Source: Blastocystis sp. Blastoise
Taxonomy: Eukaryota > Protista > Bigyra: Opalinata
DNA length: 64,000 bases
Reading direction: 5' to 3'
Assembly: GCA_039096225.1 (NCBI GenBank)
Contig: JBBPEB010000021.1
Location: 558,001 to 622,000, forward strand
Positions 26,243-53,240 of the stretch are shown piece by piece. Below the pieces are notes generated by a model. That model saw nothing but the letters and a program-made list of their open reading frames with translations, had not been told where the DNA came from and searched no databases. The position numbers and the translations under genes were made by a program. The number at the start of each line of letters is the position of its first letter. Position 1 is the first letter of the stretch.

Positions 26243-26759
26243 AATGTGCGTGATTTAAAAACAATCATCAAGATATTGGATTTTTCTATGATATAGTTAT
26301 AATGTTTATAATATAGAATGATAAAAAAACTATGTTGTGTATATTTAGAATGTTTCATTATTTTTTGCATTCAATCAAATTATGGGTGAAGTTTGTCTGA
26401 GTTTGTTATTTGTGGTACAATAAAAGTCTGATGAATAGAAAACAAAAGACATGCATGAAAGACATTCATTAAAACACGAATAAATGCTAAAATAAAACAA
26501 AACACAAAATAATGAAATAGAAGAAGACGATAGGAAATAACTATAGTATATACGAACATAAAAGAGAGAAAAAAAGAAAAAAAAACATGAAAATAACCAC
26601 AGATAAAACAAGAACAAAAAAAAGAGAAAAACAAATGAATAAATAATTCGAAAATAATTAAATTTGAGAGATTTTGAAGTATATATAATGTTTATTTAAA
26701 ATAAGAATTGTTAGTGATATATATATATATTATATATATTTATATATTTATATATATAT

Positions 26760-29094
<2,335 letters not shown>

Positions 29095-29250
29095 ACTCTT
29101 AATGTTCAAATGTACTTTTAATCAAATTACAAAAATGAATGAAAATAACAGAAATTTTTTACCACGAAGAAAATCATTTCTAAAGGCAAATTTCATTCAT
29201 TGTTCTTGTTTTTCTGTTCACTTTTTATTTTTTCATTTATATATATAATT

Positions 29251-30436
29251 ATGGAAACTAATACATCAACTAATACTAATTATTCTTCTGTATGATGATT
29301 TCCTCTTTCGTATATAATTTTTATTCTAGATTGACACGATCCATATTCAAAATGACTTAAATATTGAATTATTATCTATATTTTTGAATCAACATCGAGT
29401 TGAACTGAACGAAAATCCTGTATTTTTTATATTCTAAAGTTTAATTTAGTTTTATAGAATATTATCAAGACTTGGTTCCAAAAGGAATCTCATCATTATG
29501 TCATGTCGACTGTGAAGGTTGATTATTTGGATTATTTACAAATAATGAAAAAGGTAAAAGAATAAATCTTTGTTTTTATATAATTAGAATACATATCTTG
29601 AGGATTCGATGAGTCAATTCTTTCAATTGTTGAATTATTTATATGATAAGTATTTATTCTTGAATAAGATAGTCCGTTTAATTCAAAATATAATCAATTT
29701 AAATCTTGATTCAATAATCAAAAATTATTATAACTGCTATTTATTAGGAATTCCTGAATCTAAAGTATATTTATAATTATTATTTATATTTATTATATAG
29801 TATATGTTTCCATCGATGAATGTTTATTTTCATTATATATTTTTATGTTTCTCTGAACAACCCACGTTGTCTTCTTTTGATTTTTTAAATTCTCAACAAT
29901 CTATACATCAAATTCCTTTTGATATTCAATTATTAATCACTAAATCGATTCCAAAAGAGCAAAAATATAGTGTATCGGTGATAAATAAAGATATATCTTC
30001 TGATTATTATATATATATTTGTAAAGAAATTGGCTGGAGTTCTTTTATTATATGGAAATTAATTAATATTAGTTTTTACTATGTATATATATGTTTTTAT
30101 TGTATTTATTATCTCTTATTTTGTATATATTATTTATATATAGTCAAAACAATTCTTTCAATTTTTAATATCCATTCGTGATCAAACCATTTTAGATAAT
30201 TCATTAAAGAATATTAAAGATTATGATTATGATTATGATTATGATAATAATAATAATAATAATATTAATAATAATAATAATAATATATATTCTCCTCCTA
30301 CTCCTATTTACGTACAACCTATGGATTCAGCCATTTCCATCCATGATCAGACTGTTTCAGTCACTCCTTCTATTCATGCTATCTCTATAACTGACAAAGC
30401 TCTAACGTCTATATCTTCTTCTAATACTACTACAAC

Positions 30437-30467
<31 letters not shown>

Positions 30468-30471
30468 TTAG

Positions 30472-30531
<60 letters not shown>

Positions 30532-31951
30532 GTAAAATGGTTATAAACAAACGAGATAACTATAATAATATTCATAAATCGGATCTTCATACATCTTTCA
30601 AATCCCCAGGATTATCTTTCCCAATCTCCCCAGATTCTCCTTTTTTCCAAGATTCTCGTCCATCTCTTACTCCTCCTCCTCGATTAATATTTTCTCCTTC
30701 TCTCTCTTCTTCTTCTTCTTCTATTCTATATACACCTTCTCCTGTTAAATATATAATCACAAATCAACACTCTTCATCAAAAAGAAGGAATTCCCGTGGG
30801 AATATTAATGAGTATTCTGCAAAAAAACAACGGAAATCTATTGATTTGTTTATTGATCCAAAAGACAAAACAATTAATAATGTTGAGGATATTAAAGATA
30901 TAGATATAGATATAAATGAAAATAAAGAAGAAAATATGATAAAAGAATCAAATAGAAAAATATCTTTATTTTTAAAAAGTATTAAAAAGAATTTATCTAT
31001 AGATATAGAGCGTTTTATTTCTAAATATAATTCTAACGACTGTAACACAAACATTAATTTAGAATGTAATCATGAATTCTCTAAAGTATATATAAATATA
31101 TATAGTTTATATTATATACATATATATTGTTTATAGTCTATATTACATTTGTATTTCCCCATGATTATTAATATTATACAAGGATATCCTCAAAAGTATA
31201 TATATATTATTTTTGTTTATATTATAATAATAATAATAATATTATTATTATGTAATTATTTTCTAATATATATTTAGTATGGAATTATTATAATAATTAT
31301 TTTATTATTATGTAATTATTTTCTAATATATATTTAGTATGGAATTATTATAATAATTATTTTATTATTATGTAATTATTTTCTAATATATATTTAGTAT
31401 GGAATTATTATTATTACTTAAAGAATGTTTATCAGAATCACGGGAATATACACCTTTTATGGATAATTATCATTATTATATAAAGGAAGAACTTTTTCAT
31501 ATATATATAGATACAAATATACTCTTAGATTTTTATATAAAATCTCTCTTTGTATTTTTATATAATACTATTCATTATTATATAATTTATATGACATATA
31601 TATATATATAGGTATTTCAGTATTTATCATTTCCTTCTCATTATAATCAAACTCTTTTTATACCCCTTGTTCATGTATATATATTTAATTATATAGATAT
31701 ATTATTATATAATATATATATAGTATATACATGACAGACCGGATGCTACACGGTGTGTCACCGAAATAATAACCATGAAAAAAGAAGAAGTATATAAATT
31801 ATATTATATATATGTAATATATAGTTTTTTATTATATATATATATATAGTTAGGATCTTCTTTCTTTTTGCAGTCTTCACTTCTTCAGGATACTAATAAT
31901 CCAGATAATATTGATATATTTAATATAAAAGTATATAGTTATTGTTATTGC

Positions 31952-31994
<43 letters not shown>

Positions 31995-32428
31995 GAATGA
32001 TAAGATTGATATCCTTCAAAGCTGTGTTAATATATTTGGTACAAAACATGTATATATTATTATTATTAATTTAATTTATTATTATCTTTATTATTATTTT
32101 TATTATTATTATAAATATAGGTGTTTTTACAGTCAATAGAGTCTTTATTTACGGATCATTTAATAACAAAACAAACTTATGATGTTATGACGTATATATA
32201 TATATAAAATGATAATAATAATAATCATAATATATATTTATATAGTAATTATAATTTATATAAATTCTTATGCCTTCGATTTGGTGAAGAAGATTTACAA
32301 AAGTGTTTTATTATGGTATATATATATAATTACATAGTATTATTAATATTATTATATAAAGATTCGTGATGTAAAACGTTCGGCATTAATTAATAATCAA
32401 ATATTATCTGTTTATAAAGGCATATATC

Positions 32429-32472
<44 letters not shown>

Positions 32473-33627
32473 TTTATCAATTCCTTTTTCGTCTATGATT
32501 ATTACAGAGTTCTATTGGAATAATATTACTGTATATATTTAGTAATATATATTTATATATATAGTCAGATGAATTCACACCTCATAAATCTATTAATTCA
32601 TATTTAAATAAATATAAAAAAGTATATATATATTTATATATATTATTATTTTTATTAATATTTATTATAGATATATCATAAATTACATACCCAAAAGTTA
32701 ATTCATTGGCTATATACCTATGGTACAATTGATGTATATTTATAATATAGAATAGTAAGAATTATTATTATTATCATTATATATATATAGATAGAAATAG
32801 AGATAGAAGACTATAAACATATATATTCAGTTACTCCATTCTTAGCTTCTATTATTCTCTATTTTATGGATAAAAGTATATATTATTATATTAGTAATAA
32901 CAACAAAATAATAATAAAACAAAATAATAATAATAATAATAATATATATATATTAGATCAATATACTCTTCAAGATCTTCTTCTTCTTCTTCGTTGTCCA
33001 CTCTCTCTTTTAAAAGATGGAATATCATACTGGATACAAGAAGTATATATACATATAAATAAATATATATATATATAATACAAAGAAAATCCATTAAAAG
33101 AACATTATAAACAACTCTATATATATAGCATATATTAATTGAAGATAAAAATGAAAGAGATATATATAGGGTAGTACAAAAGTATGTATATATATCAATA
33201 TATATATTAATATAAATAGATATGGAGAAGGAAATGATAATGAAGAAGAAATAGAGGAAGAAAAAGAATGTTCTTTAGAAGAAATTCAAAATAGAAATGG
33301 GATGATGGTAATTACATATATCTATTTATATAATGATTTATATATGTATTATTTAGATATATAAATCTTATGTACTTGATTCATTGGATAATTTAGGATC
33401 ATGTTCCATAGATACGTTACATAATACATTACGAAGATTTCTACGATTTGGAATTTATAAATGTACATATATATATCTATAACTATTTTTAAATACTTAA
33501 TATTATCATTCAAACATATATATATTCTTTAGATGAAAAAACTATTGACGATTTAACATCGTTTCTGAATTATTTGATTTCTATTGATTTAATTCAAGAA
33601 GAAAATGGACTCTATCATCGGAAATAA
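29251..33627 (+). CDS. ANAPC2: Anaphase-promoting complex subunit 2, cullin-like (multi-exon)
   Basis: Spliced exons give YIHDRPDATRCV, LCLRFGEEDLQKCFIMIRDVKRS and a C-terminal winged helix LDNLGSCSIDTLHNTLRRF..DLTSFLNYLISIDLIQEENGLY. Confidence 0.8.
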
Positions 33628-34467
33628 AATAATTTATTCATTGTTTTTCTATTCTAGAATTAATACTCCTACTATTATTATCTTTTTTCTTTGTTTTTAC
33701 TCATATAATTATATTTCTTTACATTCACAGCCTTTATATATCCATATTTTCTCTATTAAGAATTTTGAAACAGTTTCTTCATTTCCTTCTTCTTGTAAAT
33801 AGCATTTGCATACTGAAATACCATGAAACTATGGAATCCAACAAATTCCTTAGTTACAAAACTTTTCCCATATCGTTCATAAAATGCTTATGAAACAAGC
33901 ATCACTTCTCTATGCAAAAAAGTGATTGAAAAATTAAAAAATAATCTTTTTCCAGAGTTTTTAAAATTGATTTTTACATCTGCATAATAAGCAGACTTAT
34001 GACATTTAAGAAAAGTATTCCATAATGTTTTTTGACTCATTAAATAAAAATAGCAAATCTTCATTATACACAAATTGAATTGTAAAATACATATCAACAT
34101 TAGTGATATCAATATGACTATATCAAAACAATTATTAAGCAAAGAAAGTAATTGTACATGATAGAAACAAAAGAGCTAAAATATGATTATTTGGTTATTA
34201 TCGTGGGAATTCTAGTATTATGCTTTCTTCCGAAAAAAAATAAAAAATCTATTTATTATAAATTTCTATCCTAATTATTGGTTGGTTTCAATTCTTTATC
34301 CAGCCAATTTTTCACATAATTTGACTCTTTTATTCTTAGAATTTCTTTTGGTAAAACTTGCGGAAAGTTTTTTTTATTCCATAAACGAGTAATATTATAT
34401 ATCAGGAAATAAAAGAAAGTTTCCATAAATCCATTTCTTTATTATATCTCTTAGAATAGGCATTAAA

Positions 34468-35760
34468 ATGGCCTCATTGGCATTTTCGGCACTAGTACAA
34501 TTAGGCCTCTTATGTATTATTGGTTCTTTCTTCTTCCTTGTCATAAAGAAATATGAGTCTACGTTACAAATTGTTGTATTTAATCAATCTAAGAAATCAG
34601 TTGAGAAGAAAATAGCTGAAGCTGTCACAGGCAATAAATTTGTTATGAAAAAAATAAGAGAATATCATCAACCGATGTTTACAAAGTCATTAGTTCCTGA
34701 AAAGAAAGCGGTAAATGCTTCTGAAAGTTGTAAGTTTTGGTCTGTCGTGACTACTATTAATGCTCCTACGACTCTTATAAAACAATTGAGTGGTTTGTAT
34801 CCAAAGATTTGTACTGTTGTTGTTGGTGATAAGAAAAGTCGTGGTGATGATGAATATGTTCCTCTTCATGTTACTTTCCTTTCTTATGAGAAGCAAGTAC
34901 AAATAAATACTCAATTTGTGAAGCATACTCCTCCAAATCATTTTAGTAGAAAGAATATAGGTTTTATTTATGCTATTACTCGTGGTGCTGAAAAGATATT
35001 GGATATTGATGATGATAATGAGTTGATTAATTTAGATAAATTTGATGTATTATTGAAACAAGAGAATTTTACGAATTATTTGGAGATGGCTGATTATCAT
35101 TTTGTTGATAATACTTATTTACCTTTTAGTGATCCCAATACTATAGTTTGGCCTCGTGGATTTCCATTAGAAGAAATTATTCCTGGTTATGAACAACAAT
35201 CTAAAAAGAAATATAATATAGTTCAATCATCTCCTCGTGTTATTCAATATTTACAGCAAGTAAATCCTGATTTTGATGCTATTTATCGATTAACCAATAC
35301 TTTACCTTTTAATTTTAAAGTTGATAAAGAAGATAAATGTGTTATTTTAAAGAAGAATAGTTTTTGTCCATTTAATGCTCAATCTACTTTATTTTATAAA
35401 GATGCTTTTCCATTAATGTTATTACCTAAAACAGTTCATGGAAGAGTTTCTGATATTTGGAGGTCATATTTTATTGAAACAATATTATATTCGAAGAATC
35501 AAACTGTATCTTTCTGTTCTCCTCTTGTCAATCATATTCGTAATCAACATAATATTATTAGAGATTTTGATGCAGAACAACCACTTTATATGAAATCTTA
35601 TGAATTATTACAATTCCTGTCGAAATTTCAATTAAAATCTATAAATATCTTAGAAAAAATAGAAGAATTATATATTACTATGTATGAATATGGTATTATT
35701 GAATTAGAAGATATAGAGTATCTTATATATTGGATTAAAGAAATTGCTCCTTATCTTTAA
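34468..35760 (+). CDS. STELLO-like (DUF288) putative glycosyltransferase, type II membrane, intronless
   Basis: N-terminal TM segment; WSVVTTIN, VVVGDKK, RKNIGFIYAI..GA..ILDIDDDN, WPRGFPL, NPDFDAIYRLT, PFNAQSTLF, RVSDIWRSY. Confidence 0.88.
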   Translation: MASLAFSALVQLGLLCIIGSFFFLVIKKYESTLQIVVFNQSKKSVEKKIAEAVTGNKFVMKKIREYHQPMFTKSLVPEKKAVNASESCKFWSVVTTINAPTTLIKQLSGLYPKICTVVVGDKKSRGDDEYVPLHVTFLSYEKQVQINTQFVKHTPPNHFSRKNIGFIYAITRGAEKILDIDDDNELINLDKFDVLLKQENFTNYLEMADYHFVDNTYLPFSDPNTIVWPRGFPLEEIIPGYEQQSKKKYNIVQSSPRVIQYLQQVNPDFDAIYRLTNTLPFNFKVDKEDKCVILKKNSFCPFNAQSTLFYKDAFPLMLLPKTVHGRVSDIWRSYFIETILYSKNQTVSFCSPLVNHIRNQHNIIRDFDAEQPLYMKSYELLQFLSKFQLKSINILEKIEELYITMYEYGIIELEDIEYLIYWIKEIAPYL

Positions 35761-37345
35761 ATATAAAGATATATATATATGTATATGTATTTCTATTTTT
35801 TTTTTTAATCATTCTTTTTTATCAATTTTTTTTTGTAGTGTTATTTCTGTTTATAATTAATTATATATAATTATTAGTATTCTCTTTTCGTTATTCTTTT
35901 TTATAATATATATATATATATATTTTTCTACAAAATATTATGAAGAATCTTCCATCCATGGTTTTTTCTTATATATATATATATTATATATATATTATAT
36001 ATATATATACATCCTTCTTCAATTGTAGACATTTTCATATTTTGTCATGAATTGTTTTGTTTCCATGTTTTATTTTTCATTAGCACTGATTATTTAAGTT
36101 TTTATTGTTTGTTATCATATCAATTATGTTAGAAGACTATTTAATGAATATTTTTGTTAATTCTTCCACTCATTCCCTAAATAATATAGAGTATTTCATT
36201 TGAATAGCATTTTTTTAGAGTATTCAATATTAATCCAATAATTGTAAATGATAATATAGTATAATAGAGTATACAGAAATCAAAAAAAATGTCAAGAACT
36301 AAAATTCAGCATATATCTTGCATTAATATTTGTCGTCACCTACTTTCTCATATATTTAAATAAGCTTAGAACAATCAAATTATTCATTGAATACGAACTC
36401 ATTTTTATAATCACTTAGAATGGCAATATTGCATCATTTCTAACTACGATGTAAAACATGTATATCAATTAAAATCCCTAGAAAACCTAATAAAAAGAGA
36501 AAAAAACGATAAACTCAAAAATCGTTGATTCTTGTAGAAACACATTTACATTTCATATATATTATGTTTTCTTTTATACTCAACAACTTAAGCAACTTTA
36601 TATATAGAAATGACATCAAATACAAGTTTAAAAGAGCATGAACAAAAAGAAACACAAAAAAATCATGCTTAAACACAAAAAACGAATTATAGAGACTGAA
36701 TATATAAAAAACACTTATAATACAGATATAAATTATTATTTAAAATAGCACAATTTACTTAAAATGATGAAAAACAATGAAACATATATAAGTAATGGTG
36801 ATTATTGTTTCTAATAAATCCATCTAAAAAGAAATCATGCTTCAAGATTCTCCAAATGACTAACAAATCAAAGTAATGCCAAAAATAGAGAAAAAGATAT
36901 TTGCGAGTAATCCGAGTATTCATAGTTATTTTGTAAATAAACACGCAATTAAGAAAAATAATTACGATTATTACTCATTACTACGTGACCCAAATAATAT
37001 AATATAAAAGCCAATAAATGTTGACGATTCATTTTCGAAAGAACCATCAATTTCAAGAGCCAATAAAAATGATTAAAGCTTCAAATATGTCTTTTTTTGT
37101 GGCAACTCTCGTCACAAGAAAGACCCTTATCAATTGGTAGATTTTCTAGTATGTGTCCCAAAAAAAAGTCTCGATGTTCCTACAAATTTGATAAAAACAC
37201 CACTTTTTCGATTAAAGAAAAACAACTGTTTTTTAACGAATATTATTGGTTCTTCAAATGCGTCATTATTGACGCGTTTTCGTAATAGTATTAACTCTAA
37301 AAAGAATTATACATCATAAATAATTTATTTTTGTTATTTTGAACA

Positions 37346-38654
37346 ATGAAGTGTGTTTTTATTGCTCTTTTCATTGCTGCTGTATTTGCCTTAGATAATG
37401 GCCTTGCTCTTACTCCTCCTATGGGTTGGTTAGCTTGGGAACAATTCAGATGTGAAACTGATTGTGTTAAGCATCCTGATGCTTGTATTTCTGAAAAACT
37501 TTTCATGGATATGACTGATCGTTTAGCTGAAGATGGTTGGACTGATGCTGGTTACAACGTATATATATATTAATTTTTATAATATTCTTTTAAAAAAAGA
37601 ATTATATTTTTTTATATAATTATGTTAATAATAGTTTTATAAAAATAATAAAATCTATTATGTATACCGTATTAATGTTGATGATTGTTGGTCTACTAAG
37701 GAAAGAGATGAAAATAACGTTATGACTGCTGATCCTATTCGTTTCCCTTCTGGTATGAAAGCTCTTGCTAAATATGTCCATGATAAGGGTCTTCTCTTTG
37801 GTATTTACAACGATTATGGTACTAAGACTTGTGGAGGTTATATTGGTTCTGAAGGTTTCCTTATTAAGGATGCTGAAACTTTTGCTTCTTGGGATGTTGA
37901 TTCTCTTAAGATGGATGGTTGTTATTCTCAAATTTTAGATCAACAAGATGCTTATCCTGCTATGTCTTATTTCTTAAATAATACTGGTCGTTCTATTCTT
38001 TATTCTTGTTCTTGGCCTGCTTATGCTCTTGAAAAAGATAATTATGCTTATTATGAATATCTTCCTCCTTATTGCAATCTTTGGAGAAATTGGGATGATA
38101 TTGAAGCTAACTGGAAATCTATTAAATCTATTATCAACAAATTTGGTGATAATCCAGTTTGGGGTAAATATGCTGGTCCTGGTCATTGGAATGATCCTGA
38201 TATGTTAGTTATTGGTATGGAACCTGGTCTTAATAAGGAAGAATCTGAAACTCAAATGGCTATTTGGGCTATTCTTGCTGCTCCTTTATATATGACTAAT
38301 GATTTAAGAAATATTACTTCTTGGGCTAAGGAAATTCTTATTAATAAGGAAGTTATTGCTGTTGATCAAGATGTTCTTGGTAAACAAGGTTACAGAGTTA
38401 CTGCTACTGAAATCGATGCTCAAGTTTGGGTACGTGAACTTGCTAATGGTGAATGGGCTATTGCTCTTATGAACAGAGCTGATGAACCTATGGATATCAC
38501 TGCTACTTTCTCTGATTTCTGTAAAGTCAAATCTTTTGCTCTTCGTAATCTTTTCACTCATATGGATATTGGTGTTGCTACTGAAAAGTATACTGCTACT
38601 CAAATCCCTGCTCATGGTGTTGTTATGCTCCGTGCTGTTCCCCAAAGCTATTAA
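37346..38654 (+). CDS. GH27 alpha-galactosidase / alpha-N-acetylgalactosaminidase, secreted, 2 exons
   Basis: Signal peptide; [66 protein letters not shown]. Confidence 0.95.
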
Positions 38655-38954
38655 ATAAATTTTATCTCTTAAAGTTTATTATAGTTTTTTATACTATTAA
38701 TTTGATATAAAATATTTTTATTTTTTGTGTTTTGTTTTATTTTTAATAAAGTAATATTTTTTAAACATTTTTTTTTTTTTTAATTAATTAAAACTATAGG
38801 TACATATTAAGAACTTTAATAAATAGTAGTTAGATATTAAATGAAATAGGTTATTTAAAATAATAACAAACAATTTATTATTCATTCTTTTAATAAACAT
38901 AAATATATATAAATAAATATATAGAAAAGATAAAAGAGTTTTAAAATAATAGAA

Positions 38955-48617
<9,663 letters not shown>

Positions 48618-49260
48618 AGTGAACTCTATGTAAGAAAAACAAAAAAATTGAAATCAGTATGGTTTTTTAATTTCGCCTCTGTGAGTCTTTCGCTAGACGC
48701 TATTGACGGTTTTATCCTATTTACAACCTATTTTTCATAGAAAACCGTGATTATTTAAATGGTCATTAATTTGTTAATTATTCTTTATTCTTTGTGATTA
48801 TGTCATATATAAATGAAAATTAGGTGAATCTACTTTATATAAAGTAGTTTAAGACTAATGACGTAGTATTAGGCAAAAATAAGCAAAATAGAACAATGTT
48901 AATAATAACTCTTATGAGCAGTTGCATATATCTATTGTGTTTTGTATAATATATACATAATAAAAAGTAGTTTTTTATCAATGTAACACAGAATACCATG
49001 ATCACAATGTACTAGAGAAATGGACTAAAAAGCATCAACATGATATGTAGAGATCCTGTAGATCCAATAAAATAAATTGAGGAAATAGAATCTGATGAAT
49101 ATATTTTTTATGCACCATATAAAATATTTGTCAAGATTTTTGTTTTTTATGTTTGTCTTTTTATTTTATCTTCCAAATTTTTTTTATAATTTTAATAAAA
49201 TAGTAGTATGTTACTTATATTACCTATAGAGTTTATTTATATAGAATTAATCTATAAAGG

Positions 49261-49656
49261 ATGAGTCAAATCACAGAAGATCCAAAAGAAGAACCTTATT
49301 ATTATTCATATCCTTTTCAACAAGCTGACCCAGACACATTACCACCCGATTACTGTGCTTTGGCATCGCTATTATGTGGAGTAATCTCACTTTTTCTTAA
49401 TGTATGCATGTTTGTTGTTTGACATTTTATTATTTACGATTAAAGCTATTTATAGAAAGAACTATTTGCATGGATTAGCCTCTCATTATGCTTTGGATCT
49501 ATATCTAACTTAAAATTTTATGAAATTGATTACACTCAATGTTTTGTCACTATTGTGTATATTATTTTAATATTGATTTATTGAATGTATAGGTTTTCTA
49601 TTATGTCTATTGTAACTGCATATCTTGGTGGACTAGAATTCGCCCATAAATGGTAA
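49261..49656 (+). CDS. PAT complex subunit Asterix (WDR83OS/UPF0139), 3 exons
   Basis: Spliced product ..LPPDYCALASLLCGVISLFLN-KELFAWISLSLCFGSISN..DYTQCFVTIV-FSIMSIVTAYL: a small three-TM protein matching the family pattern. Confidence 0.75.
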
Positions 49657-49955
49657 TAAAAAATATAATATTATATATACTTTTTTTGTATTTATAATAT
49701 ATACAAATATATGTATACATTTTTCATAATTATAAAAAAATAATATATATGTATATATTTTTCATGTATTTATATAAATATAATATATTATATATGCATT
49801 TTTCATGTATCTTATGTTTGTTACAAAAAGCTAAAAAACAAAACACATTAATATTTTAAATATAATTATATATATTGAAATAAATAAACAAATAAGAATT
49901 GTGTGTGTGGTATAACAATTTTCCCCATTAATAGATTTATTTTATATTACATTGT

Positions 49956-50485
49956 TTACTGAAGAGAACGATTAAAAGGTAAGCCACCAGGAGCACTAAC
50001 ATTAATAGCTTGAGGTCCCTTTTCAGAATTCTTAATATCAAATTCAACCTATTTATAATATTTAATAAAATATAGTATCCTATTATAATAGCAAAATAAA
50101 ATTAAAATAAAATAAAAAAATAGAAAAAAAAATACTTCTTCTTCGTTCTTTAAGAATCTGAAGCCATCAGATTTAATAGCACTTTGATGAACAAAGACTA
50201 GAGAATAAATTGGATAATGATTATAAATTAAAAAAAATATATATACTTTCTCCCTTGAGATCAGCAGTAGGATTAGGAACAATGAAACCATATCTATAGA
50301 ATATATCATATATATATATATATAGAATTAAATAAATACCCTTTCTTGTTATTGAACCATTTCACTTTACCAGTGTAAATGCTTCTAAGAAGGGAAGCGC
50401 TCTTCTAAAAAAAGTAGATAGTTTTAAAGTTTAATGAAATACATACGAGGAGACTGACGTTATTAAATCTAGCGATGAAAGACAT
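49956..50485 (-). CDS. Cold-shock domain protein with a possible organellar presequence, 5 exons
   Basis: TGKVKWFNNKKG-YGFI, FVHQSAIKSDGFRFL, VEFDI..KGPQAINVSAPGG; N-terminus MSFIARFNNVSLL. Confidence 0.9.
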
Positions 50486-51226
50486 TATATATAAATAAAA
50501 AGAAAAATAATTAAATAATGTGACTTTGTAAGAAATGAGTGGAAATCACCCTAGTTGACCTGAATGTTTAAAGGTTGGAAATGAATTGATTTGGGGAATT
50601 TGAGACGAGGCTACCGCGGTAATCTGTTTGTTTCAGTAGACAATCATAAATTCTGTTATTCCAAATTCTCTATTTCAATTCCCACAATTATAGTAGAGAA
50701 AGTCTGTGAAAAACTGATGTTTTCTATAATTATTTGTATATTATGAAAATAAATGAATAATTGTGTTAAGTGATTCATCGTTATGATTGGATGAACGAAA
50801 TTATTGTTTTTATTGTTTGTAATTGATTCATTTGATTAATGATACTAGTAAATATGTTGAATGATAGAAAGACCGACTTATTGGCATATGTATATTATAG
50901 AGAAAATGAAGAGTATTTTATATGGTGAGTCTTATGGAAACAATATTCTTTAATTGCTTTTATTTTAATTTTATTAGGCTCATTTACTATGATTGAGTAA
51001 TTGAGAAATAGAATGATATATGAAAATTGTAATTATGTAGATGTTTTATGGTAAATATGATTGTAGAGTGACTTTAAAATGCTTTTATTTATACTGAAAT
51101 ATGTATATAAAAACTTGGAATAAACTAAATAATTACGGGACAACAGCAAATGTAAATAACTTTGAACATTGAAAAAGAGAAAATGAGTATAATAACTTAC
51201 ATAGAATACAACAAAAATAAATATTT

Positions 51227-52255
51227 TTAAAAAATAGAGCATAGAGAATTGAAACTACGAGGATAATTGTTAATAACACATTGATTATCTTCTCCAAAGA
51301 TATAGAAAGTCACTTCTGTTTCATGATATATTCCTACAAGTTTAGTAATTTCAACTGCTTTAATAATTAACTGTTGAGATAATAATTTACCAACATTTGA
51401 TTCTAATATCTAAATAAAAGAATAATATGGTTAATAATAATAATTTGGTTAATAATAATAATAATAATATATTATATAATAATAATACGAAACAAATCAT
51501 AAGTCTTTATAAATATATGTATACTTCATCTGATTGGTTAAAGAGTGAACGAGCAGATTCAGAAACCGAATTATTAAAATTGAAAGAAGGCATACTAACT
51601 CTATTTCCTTCAAATTTATTTGTTTGTTTTCCTTGAGCCGATTTTAATGATTTTTCATCTAAACCACTTTCATCAACAAATTTATAATTCGTTTCATTTG
51701 TATATTCACAACTAATCTATAAAATAAATAATATGATATATGTAAAATAATAAATAATAAAATAATAAACATAATAATCATAATAAACATAATAATAAAA
51801 CACTTACAGTTGTATATTCTTCTAATCGTCCACATCCTTGACATGCAAAACATGGTTGTGTTCCTTTACCATTACAATCAGGACATCTCACGTTTCCTTT
51901 ACCATGACAAGATGTACATAATTCACGTGCAGGTGATATATCTTTACAGGCAAAGCAAGTGATAACTCCATTACCCTGACATTTATTACATTTTGTTTGT
52001 TCTTCTGAATGACAATGGTAACAAGGAATTATAGTACTTGAATGAGGAAGAGGTAATGTATGAGAATCATTCTTATAAGGTCTAGGAAGAGGAAAGGAGA
52101 GAGACCATTTATCAGGAGAAGAACCAAATATACTACTATCTACCTATACATATATTGAAAAATAAATAAATAATTATTCTATGAATAATATTAATAATAA
52201 TAAATATAATAATAAATATAATAATAAAGAAATAATAATAATAAATATAATAAAG

Positions 52256-52301
<46 letters not shown>

Positions 52302-53240
52302 TAATATATATATACAATAGAACTAGGACAGGGACGAGTTGATGTATATGAAGAACGAGTTTCATAAAAAGTATCAAATGAAATAACATAACTTGTAAAA
52401 TGTTCAGGCTAAAAAAAAGAACAAATATAAAATAATATATATAACATATATTAAATGAATAAATAATAAATAAAGAATTAAAATATAATATATAAATAAA
52501 TACCATAACAAAAATATATATATATATATATATACTTTATTAAATTTCATTTCATTATAAGCATTCTTCTTAACAAACCACATAGAATCTATATATTTAC
52601 GTATAATAGATTCCATTTGATCTTGACTTATTGAACTTGTTTTTGGTATATTCAAATTAACAGTCATTGAGGGAATACTATTATTACATTGATTATTCTG
52701 TTGAATGTAGTTAGGTATATAGGAACTTGATGGTTGTGAATTATCAATAATAGGAAGAGGAACAACAGAAGGATTATTATTACATGAATTATCATTTTTA
52801 ACAATAGAAAGAGGAACAACAGAAGGATTATTATTACATGAATTATCATTTTTAACAATAGGAATGGCTTGAATTGTAGGATTTGATGATGGATTATTTA
52901 AAGGAATTGCTTGTGGTAAATTAGGATTAGTTGTTGAAGAATCTAATGGAATTGCTTGAGGCATATTTGAATTTGGAGGACAATAGGGAATAGCTGAAAC
53001 AATAGGTACTTGCTGATTTACTGAAGAAACAACAGAAGGATTAAAAGATTGATTAGTTGGATTTATTGAAGGCATGACAGAAATAGGATTGACTGGAATT
53101 GGTTCAGATGAACATTCATGAATAGGTTCAGGATACAAAGAAGGAAATATAGGTTGAGGTTTTTGTTCTTTTTCTTGATTCTTGTTAGGTTCACTCATAT
53201 TATTTTTTTCGTTTGACCAAAAGTAGTTGAGTATATTCAT
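51227..53240 (-). CDS. SSUH2-like protein with CxxCxGxG repeats (multi-exon)
   Basis: Pro/Asn-rich N-terminus, FYETRS, LPLPHSSTIIPCYHC, CNKCQGNG, CTSCHGKG, CPDCNGKG, CFACQGCG; ends YPRSFNSLCSIF* (CaaX-like). Confidence 0.78.
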
